This document shows positions 37,976 to 56,300 of a stretch of DNA of 64,000 nucleotides, in pieces. The notes under the pieces were generated by a model. The model made no database searches. It saw nothing but the letters and a program-made list of their open reading frames with translations, and was not told where the DNA came from. The stretch is from Lingula anatina (taxonomy: Eukaryota; Animalia; Brachiopoda), in assembly GCA_051362555.1 (NCBI GenBank), contig CM120641.1, forward strand, positions 24,124,401 through 24,188,400. The letters run 5' to 3'. The position numbers were made by a program, and so were the translations under genes. Numbering within the stretch: position 1 is the stretch's first letter; each line of letters starts with the position of its first letter.

Positions 37976-40044
37976 TTACAAATTAGGACAATACTGCCAC
38001 ATTTCTCTCAGATTATTTTTCATGACATTTGGCAGCATCAGACTGTCAACATCTTTAGCATTAGATAAACAGTCGTGAACAGTCCAGAAACATTTTTGTT
38101 CTAAGGACAAGTAATGGTGATAGGAAGCCACCAGTCCAAGTTCACTCTCAGGTGTGTTTGCACTTATCATAGGGTACAAAGGTTTCTTCACATTGTTCAA
38201 GTTTGTGAATGCCATGCCCAGATGTTCACTGTTCTTGTAAAAAGACAGTATACCTGTATATAGATTGAGGTATACCCCAATTACAGTCCCAGAACTGAAG
38301 AAAGGATCGCAGTATTTTCTTGACTGTCCATTGTGATGAACGGTTCCTCTGAAGGACAAGCCCCAACTGTTCACGTCTTGACCTGAAAGAAATGGTGAAC
38401 GATAAGAATGATTTACATCTGAAAACTGATTTATGAACATGGAAAAGTGACTGTGCAAATCTGTTTCGAATAAAATGGCCATGTCTTTGCCATTCCACAA
38501 AAAAGTTGAACATCTCAGTTATGCCTGTGACACACATTTTGTGAAACAGTTGCATAATTCTGATTTGCTGGTGATTTTCTGTTTTGTACTACATAATTAT
38601 AGCAATTTAAAACAATTATGCAAATTTTACTAAGAATATGCAGGTCACAGACATGACTAAAATGTTCATTTTTTTGTGGAATTTTGTTCACTCTCTCATT
38701 TTTAACAAAGAGCTGTACCTAACAAGTCCACATATTTGCCGTTGCCCATATGAAGTGTGGCAGAAGCTGTCCCCACCCCAATCATGATGGAGTTCCCACA
38801 AGCAGCCTCTAAGAATTTCACCTCCCAGTAATATTCACCCTCAGAAAAACCTTGTGTACCACGGACACCTGAAACATGAGCATATGTTTAGTGAACTAAT
38901 TTGTTACGGATAAAGCCATCAACAGAGTAATACATTCATTTAAGCAAATTGAACACAATGGGGTCCGATTTTATTGTGAAAAGCTTGCCAAATCTTTAAA
39001 CAACTACCGTCAGGATGTCACCAATCATAACACATTTTGACAAATTTTTGATCAATTTTCCAGTATTCAATTTTTAGACTGAAGCCAATTTCAATCTGAA
39101 TTTCTTAAAAACATTTGCATACATACTGGGGTAGAAGGAGAAAATGACAAAAAGTACGGCTAATCCACAAATATAATTTATCTTTCAACAATCTCACTAC
39201 CTGCCATCCTTACAAATAAAATATGATAGTAGTTTTCACTTTAAGAAAAAATAGATTTCTGATAAATATCACTTTTCTGGCGACCTCTAACATTTCACAC
39301 CTGCTGTGCCTGTGCTACCCTTAATGGCGTCAATGAAGAAATAGGCCTCGGTGTTATCTGTTGACAGAACAACATCTTCTGATCTGTTGCTTGGATCCCA
39401 AGTCCATTTATCTTTGTAAAAATAGTCCTTGAACAACTGAGCATTGCATGGCAATGTTGCTGAAATTTTCAATTAAAATCTTACTGTCTTTCAGTATTTA
39501 TAAATAAGTATTTATACACATTCATCCCAAAATTTGTATTTTTGCCTTTATAACATACAGTTGTACTGGTATGAAGTTACAGCTTTTGAAATATTTTAAA
39601 TATGACATATTAATAAAGTCACTATATACCTTTAACAGAAACAATGTTTGCACAAAAAATTCTCACTTCATAGAAGTTCACTTTCTACTTTCATTTAGAC
39701 TACTTCTTATTTTTATGTGGGGAATTCCATACGTTTCCTTGCGTTTGCATGTACTTTTTGAGCGCGGGAGACGGGGGAGAGAGAGTTGAGAAAACGTCAA
39801 ATAGATATCATACAAATATAATTTAAATAAAGGTCTGACTGAATTAAAAAAAACTGAAAATATGATGAACCTTTCTTATTATTCGAACACATAATATCGG
39901 TCAGTAATGGATGACCAATGGGTCAATCAAAGGCCAAAGGGGATTAGGATCGATGTACTTTTATGTCAAACGAATTTTGATAGACTTAGATTTTGATTCT
40001 ATAAGAAATTAACTTTTGACATCTCGAGAAAACAGCTTACCCAT
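37976..40044 (-). CDS. SPRY domain-containing SOCS box protein (SPSB3-like), exons 40044-40041, 39459-39301, 38868-38719, 38382-37976, ~239 aa
   Basis: WTWD...GSTGTAGVRGTQGFSEGEYYWEVKF...IMIGVGT...LLGQDVNSWGLSFRG...IGVYLNLYTGILSFYKN...LYPMIS, then SOCS box SLEQKC...LMLPNVMKNNL. The 4-nt ATGG|GTAAGC first exon is inferred from phase (720 nt total). Confidence 0.85.
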
Positions 40045-41844
40045 TTCCTTTCTTCCCACCAAAAAACCTTCAACCACACGTTTTTGCAATCAACGGCTGC
40101 AGTTAGATGTATGCTTGTAATAATTTGTAGAAGTTGAGAGAGCGGCCCACACGTTGTTCTGTTATCATACTGTCACAGGAGAACTAGGTAACTGCTGTGC
40201 TGCCAGCCAATTCATTGAACATTAAAACATGTTGTTGGATAATTAGGATCTAGGACTAATTTACCTAACATCTAGGATGTCAAATTAAAGAAGAGTGCTT
40301 AAATAATGTTTTAAAAATCATATTTTAAGCGATGAATTTTAATTGAAATTTAAAAAAAATATTTATATGAATTGGAGTGTAAATGGCAAATGTAACAGCC
40401 AATGATAACACACCTCTTGTATGCGGTCAATTGATTGGTTGAGAGAATGTGAAGAAGACCTTGACCTATATTCTTTGTTTACATTTAACCTACATGTTAC
40501 AGCATTTCTCTCGTTGCAGCTGGTTCGAGCCAGTTTACGATACTTGCCTCTACATTTAATGAACACTTATTAAATGCTCTTAAGTACACCGATGTGAATA
40601 AAAGTAGTTGGTGCGAAACGGTGACAGTTTTGAAAGTTGCAGATGTAAAACTGATTTTTATGCATTTGACCAAAGAGCAAACATAAGAAAATGATTTTTT
40701 GTAAACTGGTGCATGTACTGGTGGATATGGTGTTTACACATTTAACTTGCTGAAAAGTGAAGAAAATAAATTGCTCAAACGATGTTTATTGGCATGGGCT
40801 GTTTCAACGATATATAATTACAAATTAGAAGGCTAGGGTATTAATTCTTTGTGTGTGTGTGTGCTTGAATGTAAAAATAAAATATTTTGAGTTGCAGGAT
40901 GCCCTGTGTAGTGCACTGTATTCCATTTCCACATTAACAACAGTTGGACTGAAAGGAGTTCAGCTAAACTGTAACACTTGGTATAATTAGTTGTCCTGGG
41001 ATACATGATATGGCTGTGCATGCTGTCAAAACTGATCTGCATGGGTAATTAATTGCCACAGTGTTATGATTGAAAGAAGAAAGTACATGTAAAGTTCATA
41101 TTCGGCATGATTCAAAAGCGTAAAGTGTGGCAAACTAGTTCAAAATTCATCTTGACTTATCAGGTGCAAGTATTTCCTATTAGCAGTCATATGTAGACTG
41201 TATTAGCCTATTAGCAGTCATATGTACACTGCATGTTGTAAGCACGATCAACAGCTTTTTTTTATGAGACAAAAAGTTTATTCAAACTTTTCACTACTTC
41301 AGATATGTACAAGTTAAACAACAGTGACCAATTTTATTTAATTTCTAGAATTCAGTCAAATTGACAACAAACATGACATACCAGCACCAACTCCTTGAAC
41401 AAGATGAACAATGACACAAGCATACTAGTGGTCTTTGTTATCTACATTTAAACAATTTTGCATTAGATGAATGCTTTTTGCCAATATCAGGTTTAAAAAT
41501 TAAGGAAGAGTTGTTAAGGCCTTGTAAGACAACGGTGACTCAACTTGTATCTTAGGTGACAAAGTTCATGATGAATACAATGGGTAGCTTTGGTAATCAT
41601 TCCTAAATTATAATAAATTATTAAATGTTGTTGATAACAGGAGCCAGTCTGAAACAGAATGATATATAAATATATACAATAATGCAAAGATGAGAACATA
41701 TAGTTGTGCTTCTTCATTAATTTATTTCATCAATTATTTCAATTTAAATGTCCATAGAAAGCACAAATAGATACAAAGGTATCAAAAACAAGAATTAAAG
41801 GCTAAATCAACACATACAAGAATTTTATATCTTACCGATGAAAA

Positions 41845-47048
<5,204 letters not shown>

Positions 47049-47361
47049 TGTTGTTTAGGCACGCAACGCGCAAGCGCACTTTTACAATCATTAAGGGGTA
47101 CTAAATTTTAGGGCATATCAGTAAATATTAGTGGTAGTATAAATCTGAAAACTTCATATAATATTCATCAACCAATTTGAATTTCATATAAAAGTATATT
47201 TACACAAGAAATAAAGACATATTGAAATGAAATTGAGTTATTTTCGTGTGTAAATTAACGACATATTATGACCTAATTTGCGCCATCCCAGCTGACTATC
47301 AACATGTGCTTTGTTCAGGATGTTTGCTTGAGATTTTTAGCAGATTTTAGAAATACTAGGG
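47049..47361. promoter_or_regulatory. Bidirectional promoter between TEX9 (-) and RFX7-like (+)
   Basis: Divergent ATGs at 47048 and 47362. NRF1-like GCGCAAGCGCA at ~47068-47078. Confidence 0.65.
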
Positions 47362-50300
47362 ATGAGCTCGGAGAAAAATGGCTGTGGATCTAAACACTCA
47401 GATATTCAAGTTGTAAAGGACCCAGGTGTAGCTGCATACGATGCGAGATTGGGAAGTGGTGAACAAACAATCGGGATGAGAAATAGCGGGGTTCCAGTTC
47501 AGGTGGTTCCTGAAAATGAAAAATCGAGTCCACACAACCATTTAGTAGATGATTTGAGACAGAATGGAGGAACTACGAAACACAAAGAAAATGAAGAGGA
47601 GTAAGTATACGATTTGAATACTCTCTCTTTTATTTAAGAAAAGAAATACGGACGTGTTTTTGACTTGACTTTCTGTGAGGTGACGTCACGATCAGCTGTT
47701 TTGAAGACTCTTGTTTAAAATTAGGTCATCTAGGCAAGTGGAAACCCTGGACGTTAACTTGACAGATTAATAAGTGTCACCTAACTGGAATAGATTATCT
47801 ATTCTTACCACACCCCAAGTGGTAGTTACCTCGTCCTAAAATATGCTGGGACCAAAATTATATTGTTTTTTCATCGTGTCATCTGTGTGCATCCTCCTGC
47901 ATTGAACTGTGGCTGGTCATATGCAATCAACTTATGAAGAGATCCCTTTATTATATACCATAAAGAGTTTGAGCAACTGAACCCCAAAACTTGATAGTTT
48001 TTGCTGCTTTTTTTTTGTGCTACGCTGTCTCATGTATTGTCATTGTTTTCATATTTTATCATATTGCTACTAGAGAGAAAGGATACATTAGTCTTCTGGT
48101 ATCAGTGGCACATATGAGATACTTGACAAAAGATGTTGATACTGAAAAGCAGTTGTGCTTTTGATGTTGGAGTTCAAAATCATCTGAACAAAGATTGTAC
48201 CTGCAGATGATACAATAGTAAATGGCGTTTTCCAATCTTTTCAACATGTTTATGTATAATGTGTATAAAATATTAAAGACGATCAATCAATTTATGAAAT
48301 CGATGCCAAGTCTTCCCAGTTATGTTGATAAGTTCAGAAGGGCTTTTTTGTGTGTCATAATATAATAAAATGTGTTAATGATAAGCATATTATGACATGA
48401 ATAAGTAGTTGTTTACACTGATAAGATGGGATTTATAAAAGCAAATACGGAATCAACATACCTGCTATCATGTCTAGCAATTTTGTTGAACTTCTGTTTA
48501 CCATTTGAAGTAATGGTAATTATCTTATAACAGTTATAAATTTCCTTTTTCATATTATTTTGATGGAGAGAAATGGAAAATAACTGAACCTTAAATGAGG
48601 CTGTCAGCACTGCATAATGTCATATGAGACTAGAAAACATACAAGAATCCACATGAGATGGGATTAACTTTTTATTGATAAGAATGAAACTATATGTGCC
48701 TGGAATGACATCACAAAAAGCAATACATAAGTGACATTCAAACATGCAAAATTAATGCTATTGTGCAATGGACTAAAACTTGAAAGAATTGAAGAGAAAA
48801 CAACCAGAAAAATATCTGTGAATAAATGCTATCAGATTCTATTCATTGCCACACTATCATACCATACGTCATAGCTGGCCATTATTTTTGGCCTTGCTTT
48901 CCTCTTATTCCGGAGAAGATTTGCACAAGTTGCAAAACTTAGGGCTATCTCTGGTGATTCCCACTTTGAAGTGAAAATTTACCTTTTTAAGGATACTGTG
49001 CATTTTGCATTGTTTCTAAAGCACTGCCATGCCCACTATGCTTGCCTTTGAGAATATGATGACTAATAATGAAAATAAGCTGGGGACATTTGGACCAATT
49101 AAGGATGCATAAAGCTAACAGTAACTACTGCCTTTTTCTGAATAGGTGTGCAGAAAAGAATATACACTATTCTGGACTTTGTACAGCATGCACAAAAGGT
49201 CTTCTGGTAAAAGTTCTTTGTGTTTGTGTCAGGACTCCAGTGCTGAAGACTAGTTTTCTCAGGTCACTAATTAGTGAACAATATCTGGGCAAAAGAACCT
49301 TGGGTTGATCATGCATATATATCGGTTATAGCCAGTCTTGTTTTTGCTTCATATTTGTTTTAGCCAACTAGTATTTTACTTCTTTGTGTGTGTGTTGAGT
49401 GTTGCATGGTTAACAATTTTTCTTTGGTACAAAGTGTATGGCCATAATAAATTTTATTTTCTATCATATTTCAAATTGGTCTTGAAAACTTGGACTAAGG
49501 TTAACTTGAAAAAACAGCTAAAGAGTTGTACTGCCTAACACACTGTTTTTAGCTAACTTTATGAATAGGAAAATAATTTTGCAGATTAAGTTGGATTTTT
49601 TTTACCTTACTTAAAAAGGCATCTTTTCAGGAGCCAATTCAAACAATTGTACGGCCAAACTTAATCTTTTTTGCTAATGGGTAATATATTTTGTATAGGA
49701 TAATAACTGTTAGTTTTGGCCAAAAAATGAAATTTCCTGGAGTAAACCATAATTTTCCCATACTTACCAATGGTTAATGAATCCATTTCTACATTCAAAG
49801 TTAGTCCCTGGTTTTTTTCTAAAAAGTTTTTTTTTTTTTTTTTTTTTTTGTGATAATCTCTTACTAGGTAAGAGATTATTACAGAGTATAGCCATCTATG
49901 GAGGTCACGTGGTCCAATGACAAGCTCATATATCAGAATAATAGCTATAACTGCCGTTTTTGTGGTAAAACAGAATATATTATATTTCTATGAGTTGTTT
50001 TTAATGATTTTTATTGTGAAATATAGATCTCGTACGAAGCATTATTATTCTTTTAACCTCGAAAACCTCGAACCTAGAAAATTTGTAGTGCAAAGGGTAG
50101 CAGATACACAGGAGAAATAAAGAAAGTGGACAAAGAGGACATATTAAACCAGGGATAAGCTTTTAAAGTACTGTTTCATTAATTGCCCTGTATTTGTAGT
50201 AAATTAAAAAGAAACATTTTTATGTGAAAGGTTAAACTTAGTGTATTGTACGTTTGTACAGCAAGGCAGTCAGATGCTGCTGCTAAAACAGCCATTGTTG

Positions 50301-53300
50301 TTTTCTCAAATGTTCAGATGTTTTTCCTTAACTTACACATAAACACTTCATTCATAAATGTGTACTTGTTGACAGCAACTAAAAAAAATTCTTTTTAGAA
50401 GTTAAATTTTCAAAACATACTGTTTTTTTATCACTACTGAGATGCAAGACACTACAAAAGAGGTTAAATGCATCATTAACCTTCAGCAATATGTGATATT
50501 ATTCTTTGATAATGAATTTACTTCAGTTCAGAAATATAGTATTAAAAAACACAGGTCTTACTTGACAAAATTTGAGAAATTTATAGAGATTACTTAATGT
50601 AATGTTTGATGAGTGATTACTAGTAGCTGAAGAAACCTTTTTTGTTTTATATCATATATGTGAAAACTGATTTCACTGCTATACATCAATCTTTTGATAT
50701 AAAGGAAAAACTTACTTTTCATTAAATCCACAGTGTTAATATGACAATCCCACCTCTATACCATAAAATCCAGTTTCAGTTGAGGCAACTCAAAACATGA
50801 ATGGTATTATAAATCTAAACATAATATTCTTGTAGTTTAAACTATATAAGTATGTGATGTAGATTTCATAAGGAATGACCTTGTTATTAAACTTGAGGTA
50901 AATAATGTAAATAAAATGATATCTGTTGTTGATTTAAAATAGAATGACCTTGTTAAGCTAAAAATATTTTTTTTACAGTAAATAGATGGTATATGTTGTT
51001 GATTTAAAAACAGGAAAAGAGGTCAACACTTATTTTATGTTCTGGGAATTTCATGTGTTAACATGTTATGTGTAAAAGTCTGTTAATATCTCTTCTTGGT
51101 GAATTTTAGCTTTCCAACAAAAACAGGGGCATCTGTGGCTCTGCCAATGGGTGGAGTTTTAAACACAAAGCAAGAGCTCGGTGATCAACAACCAATGAAT
51201 GAACCCAATTCAGGATGGCAAGGCTCTGGCGAAGAAACACATGAACACGATAAAGGCATGAAGTGAGTTTTATTCCATAGCACACTTTTCCTTTCAACTT
51301 ACTGAATCGCCACTTTTTCAAATAAAAATGTATCTTTCTAGATGTTTGTAGGCTTTAAAATAATGGGATATCACAAATAAGCTTGTACCCATCTTTCAAA
51401 TACAATTTCAGTAAGATGTCATTGTTTTTCAGTTTTATGAAATAATTTTTAATAAATCTTAGGAATATTTTTCATAAATATAAATATTTTTCTTAAAAAT
51501 GCTGAAAGATTTATAACCATTGCCATTATGGAACATGAAGGAGTGATTTGCCAGGTCACTGATCACAGTTGTGCTGTACTTCAATGAATCATGATAGCCA
51601 TGCTGTGTCCTGTCTCAAAAACTGTTTTTTACGGAGTAATTCATTTGGTTGTTGCAACCTTTTGTGATATTTGACAGGTTGAATAGGCAGCATGTATGAG
51701 CTTTCCAGTTAAAACTTGACTGTAACAGTTATTGTATGGCACTCCTCTTGTAAATTGCATTTGGTTTTTGTGACTTCATTTGCTGAAGGAAGACTTTTCT
51801 AATGATTGATTTCTAAGAACAGGCATGAAACGAAATTGAAGGGTTTGATGTCAAACATGGATGATGATTTGATTTCAGTTGAGTGCAGATTAATGTCTTT
51901 GACAATTGTTTTCTTGCAGCAACTCTTTCAGAATACCCATGCAGAAATTAACCATGTTTACATAAGTTTCCTATAGGAAATAACTCCGGGTGCTTACAGT
52001 CACTTTTCTTTTCCTTTTATGTTTGTTCTTGAGGTATGAGTTTCACAAAAGTACTTAAGACTGGAATTTTTCTTATCTTCAAAACTGAAAATTATGGTAT
52101 ACTTCTCTTAAGCAGTCTTAGCAGTCAGTCCCCTGAAATAAAGTAACTATTGATCAATTCTTTCGTTTTGTAATTTAACTATTTAAGAAGGTCACTGTTG
52201 GTTTGTCTTGACTAAAAGTGGTCTCAAAATTTTTGCCTGGTCTATAAGTTGAGACCAACTTTCAGTCGTAAGGGGTGTTCAGAATGAGTGAGGTTGACTT
52301 AAGGATATTGTCAACCTTTGTCCAAAACTCCTTATTTACTGCCTTACATACATTCTTTTGGGTAAAAAATAACATTTACACATATTTCATCATATGGATG
52401 ACGTCATAATTGTGATTTTTGGATAAAAAGTGGAAAATCGGTTTCTCAAATTTCTCTTTTACCCGAGCACCCACTATATCAGTTTTAACAGGGATTTAAT
52501 GACATCATTAAGTAATCCAAAACTATGCTAATGATTTTTCTTTAAAGTCTTAGTTCAGATTTTGATAAAACAAAATAATCCCTTTGTTCAATGAAAATCT
52601 GTAATTAGGGGCTCATAACTCCATAACAAAAACATTTAAACCAAAATGACGACACAAGATTGTAGCCTATACTCTTCTGGTCAACTCTGCCAATTTTCGT
52701 GATAAAATCTTGTTCAGGAATGAAGTAATGCCGCAAACTGATTGCTATCTCACCTCAAATATAAAGGTGTTAAATTGATAATTAAAGCTTTAAGTTGTCT
52801 ATGCTTATGCGTTGCAAGGAAAATATAAATGCCAATATTTTTTATTTTTGAGGTTTTTTCATTGTTTTAAATTGGCACAAAGATAGATGCATTATTGAAT
52901 AATTAGATGCTGGAAAAAACTCATTTTTGGCATTGGATGATAATAAAGGGTTACGATGACCTTAACTGACTAGGTTCCAACTCCAAGGTGACTCTCGCCG
53001 AATGCAATCAGATTAACAGACTAATACTTCTCCTTGAGCAGCAAAGGGGTTTGTGCGCAAACTGCGCAAAGCTGTCTTCCAGAAGCTACCTGCATTGTAG
53101 ACTGTGATGGCAAAAGAACAGTATCAGACAACTCCAGGATAAAGATTTACATTTGAACTGAGACTGACTCCTTTGTTCTGAACTGTCCCTTAAATTCTTT
53201 TATGGTCATTATTAGCAGGAAAATCTTTTCCAGTGGATCCATCTAGTTTTTCTACGTGAACCTGCTGGTCTTCATTTATGGCAGCGTCAAAACATCTTCA

Positions 53301-56300
53301 TTTATATCTTTGCTTTTTTCCCCAGAAGTCCTGTGTCTGGCTTCCAAAATTCTAGTCGCATAGAGCAGGCTCAAACATTTACATGGATCAAAAACAATTA
53401 TGAAGAGGACAAGGACAACTGCCTGGCAAAACATGAAGTTTACAAAGACTATGAGTAAGTGGTTGCTGATTGAAATATCATTATATCTGGTTGGATCATA
53501 AGAAATACATACTGAATTAGCATTTTGAAAGTGTAAGTACTTAAGTAGTGTTCATTTTCAAAACTTTCATTTTGCTGCTACTGCCTCAACAAAGATGTAG
53601 GAATTTCTTGAGAGCTTTCCTCCTCTGGTGTTATTAGGTTTTTAAAACTTAATTTTTTTGTTCAACACCATCTTAAATTGCCACCACCACCACCACTAAA
53701 ATTTACTTTGGTTTATGCCCCACATACAGTATGAATTGCTAAAGTGTGTGTGATATGACTGCAAAAGTTGATATTACATACAACTTGATAAGTATTGCAT
53801 GTGAATTGTGTGAGAAATACATCATTTATGGGCATTTTGATTTGATGGTAAATACCCATTATATTTCAGATCCTATTGCACTCAGCATGGCATAAGAGTC
53901 TTGGGTGTGGCAGACTTTGGCAAAGTATTCAAATGTGTGTTTCCAGCAGTCACTTCAAGGCGACTTGGGCCACGGGGACAGTCCATATATCCTTTGTTAT
54001 TTTGTTAGAAATATTAATAATAAAAAAATTGAAACTTCTTGAAACTGGAAACAATCTAATGTAAAACAAACATGATTAACATTTTGTTTCATACCTATCC
54101 CAATACAATGGTCTAATTCAATATGACTGTCTTTAAATGAAAGTAAAGCATAAAAAGCAATAATATGATATTTAAAATTCATGTTATTGAATCCTTTCAG
54201 CTTTTACTTCTCACAGGAGACTTTTGAGTGCTGCACAAGGGGCATTTGTTTACATGTTTGTTTGAACATCTTGTCTATTAGTTTCTCTTTTATTTTCCAA
54301 TCTGTCTAGTGTGGAAAACTATATGTCCTGCTTTCAAAACACCCCAAATATGATTCTGCTTATTTTTCATGTTGAAAAGATTAGACCAGGGTTACAAATT
54401 AGAGTTAGAAAAGTTAGAAGAGTTACAAATTACCTTTGTTTATGTTATTGCCTTAATTCTTCTTACATATTACTATAATGGAATCCGGAAAAAGCCATCT
54501 GTCCCTACAAATACCAATCCTTGTCATGCAATCAAGAGGGAAAACATCAATGAAGTATGTTTGTTATTTAGAAGTTATTTTGATGTCTGGATGTTATGAT
54601 GGCATTATGCCAAGTAAAACATGGTGTTGTTATGTTTTAAAAGTAGATTGTCATTTGGTTTCATGGAATAATTTATTTCTCCAGTACTTGAAACACCAAA
54701 CATCTTATACAACTGGCAATTGAGCAATAGTTTACTAATGCTATGTCATCCTCGTTTTTGAAGATTTTTTCCTTCAGTTGAATTGAATAATTTAAAAAAA
54801 AACATTCAGAAACACAAGTGATTGTATAAAATGACATCACATTATGTGACACTTTTATATGCTGACACACCTCAGAAGTTCTTTCAGACTGATTACTTTC
54901 CCTATTTCAGAATGATCTTGAAGAGGCGTCCAAGCTGGTTGTGTGTGAGTGGGCCCAGAAGCTGCTGGGGCATCCCTTCAGTAGTCTTCGAGAACTGGCA
55001 GACTTCCTGGTCAGCAACCTGTATGTGAACAGTCGATCTGCTGCTGCTTTTACCCTCATAGAGTCTATGAACAGTAGTGAAAACAAGACTATAGCAGGTA
55101 AGTGATTGGTATCAGGATTTACCGAAACCTAGAGATAGTCTCATTGAGCCATGTGAAATATAAAGACAATTCACACTGGGCATAACTTTAACTAAAGAAA
55201 TTATGTGTTGCAAAATTTGCATATGAGTTTGATATGGGTTTTTTTTTATTGGTAATGATAAATAAAATAATGATTTATATCTGCAAACTTTATTAACTTG
55301 ATCTTTTCTTTCAATGAAAATTGGAATGTGTATAATTTAGAAGAAAACTTATTTACTCCTGTTCTAGGAACCTTGTCACCAAATATAAACAAACACAGAG
55401 AAACACAGCTTCAACTTCAAAAGGCTCTCCAGCTGAGACAGCTCAAGAAAAAGCAACAAGAACAACAGACACAGGAGAATGGTGATACACAACAAGAGAC
55501 AAGCAGCAAGAAGTCCGATAAAAAGGAAAGTCCATCAGTGACTCATGATAATTCAAATGCTGCAGCTCAAACTGTCAGTGAAAATGAAAAGTCAGCAGGA
55601 ATTTCAAAAAGTAAAGTTAGCTCTTTGTCTGGGAAACTATCACAGAATTCCCTCAAAGTTGCTGGAAAACCAGGAGACAGAGAAACTAAGCATGTCAAGT
55701 GTTCTGAAAAAATTGTGCCTCCGGTTGAATCAAGGGAGGAAATTCGTCATAAAAGCACCAGCATGAGTTCACATCCAGAAGGAACGTGTACGACAAAAGA
55801 CTCTTCTCATAGCAATGCACCACGTTTAATGAACTTGTTACTAGGTGCGCAGGGTTCCAAGCAATCTCAGAAGGGAACTCATGGAGGAATTGTTTCTCGA
55901 GCAAAAAATTCAGTGGACTCTGCCAGTCAGGTATCTTCAGAAGGGAAATCTGGTTTGAAGGAAGGAATAAGTGCCTTTACCCCTATATCAGTAAACAGTG
56001 GACTCTCCAGCATGCAGCAGCAGGGCACGAGTTCATCAGCCACTGTGAAGGGGAAGCTTCCGAATCCAACAGGGGCAAAAAGTAAGAAGTTGTTGAAAGA
56101 TTTAGATACAAAGAGAATTGAAATTGCTTCTTCACACCTTTCACAGACATTAGCATTAAAAAATGCAACATCCAGCTGTGATTCTTCTGTTAAAGATATG
56201 GCGGCGTCATCAACAGTGCAGTGTGGAACCAACAGTGTAGAGTCTTCTGATAACACGACTTCTACAAAGCCACGATTTTTGCCTATAAAACCAAGAGTGC

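Noticed and set aside
47050-47063. RFX X-box (gttgtttaggcacg) suggesting RFX7 autoregulation or control of TEX9
   Set aside because: Only a partial match to the X-box consensus; not distinguishable from chance without conservation data.
50089-50160. Purine-rich candidate RFX7 exon after atttgtag
   Set aside because: The phase-compatible frame reaches TAA before a convincing donor, and the acceptor is weak.
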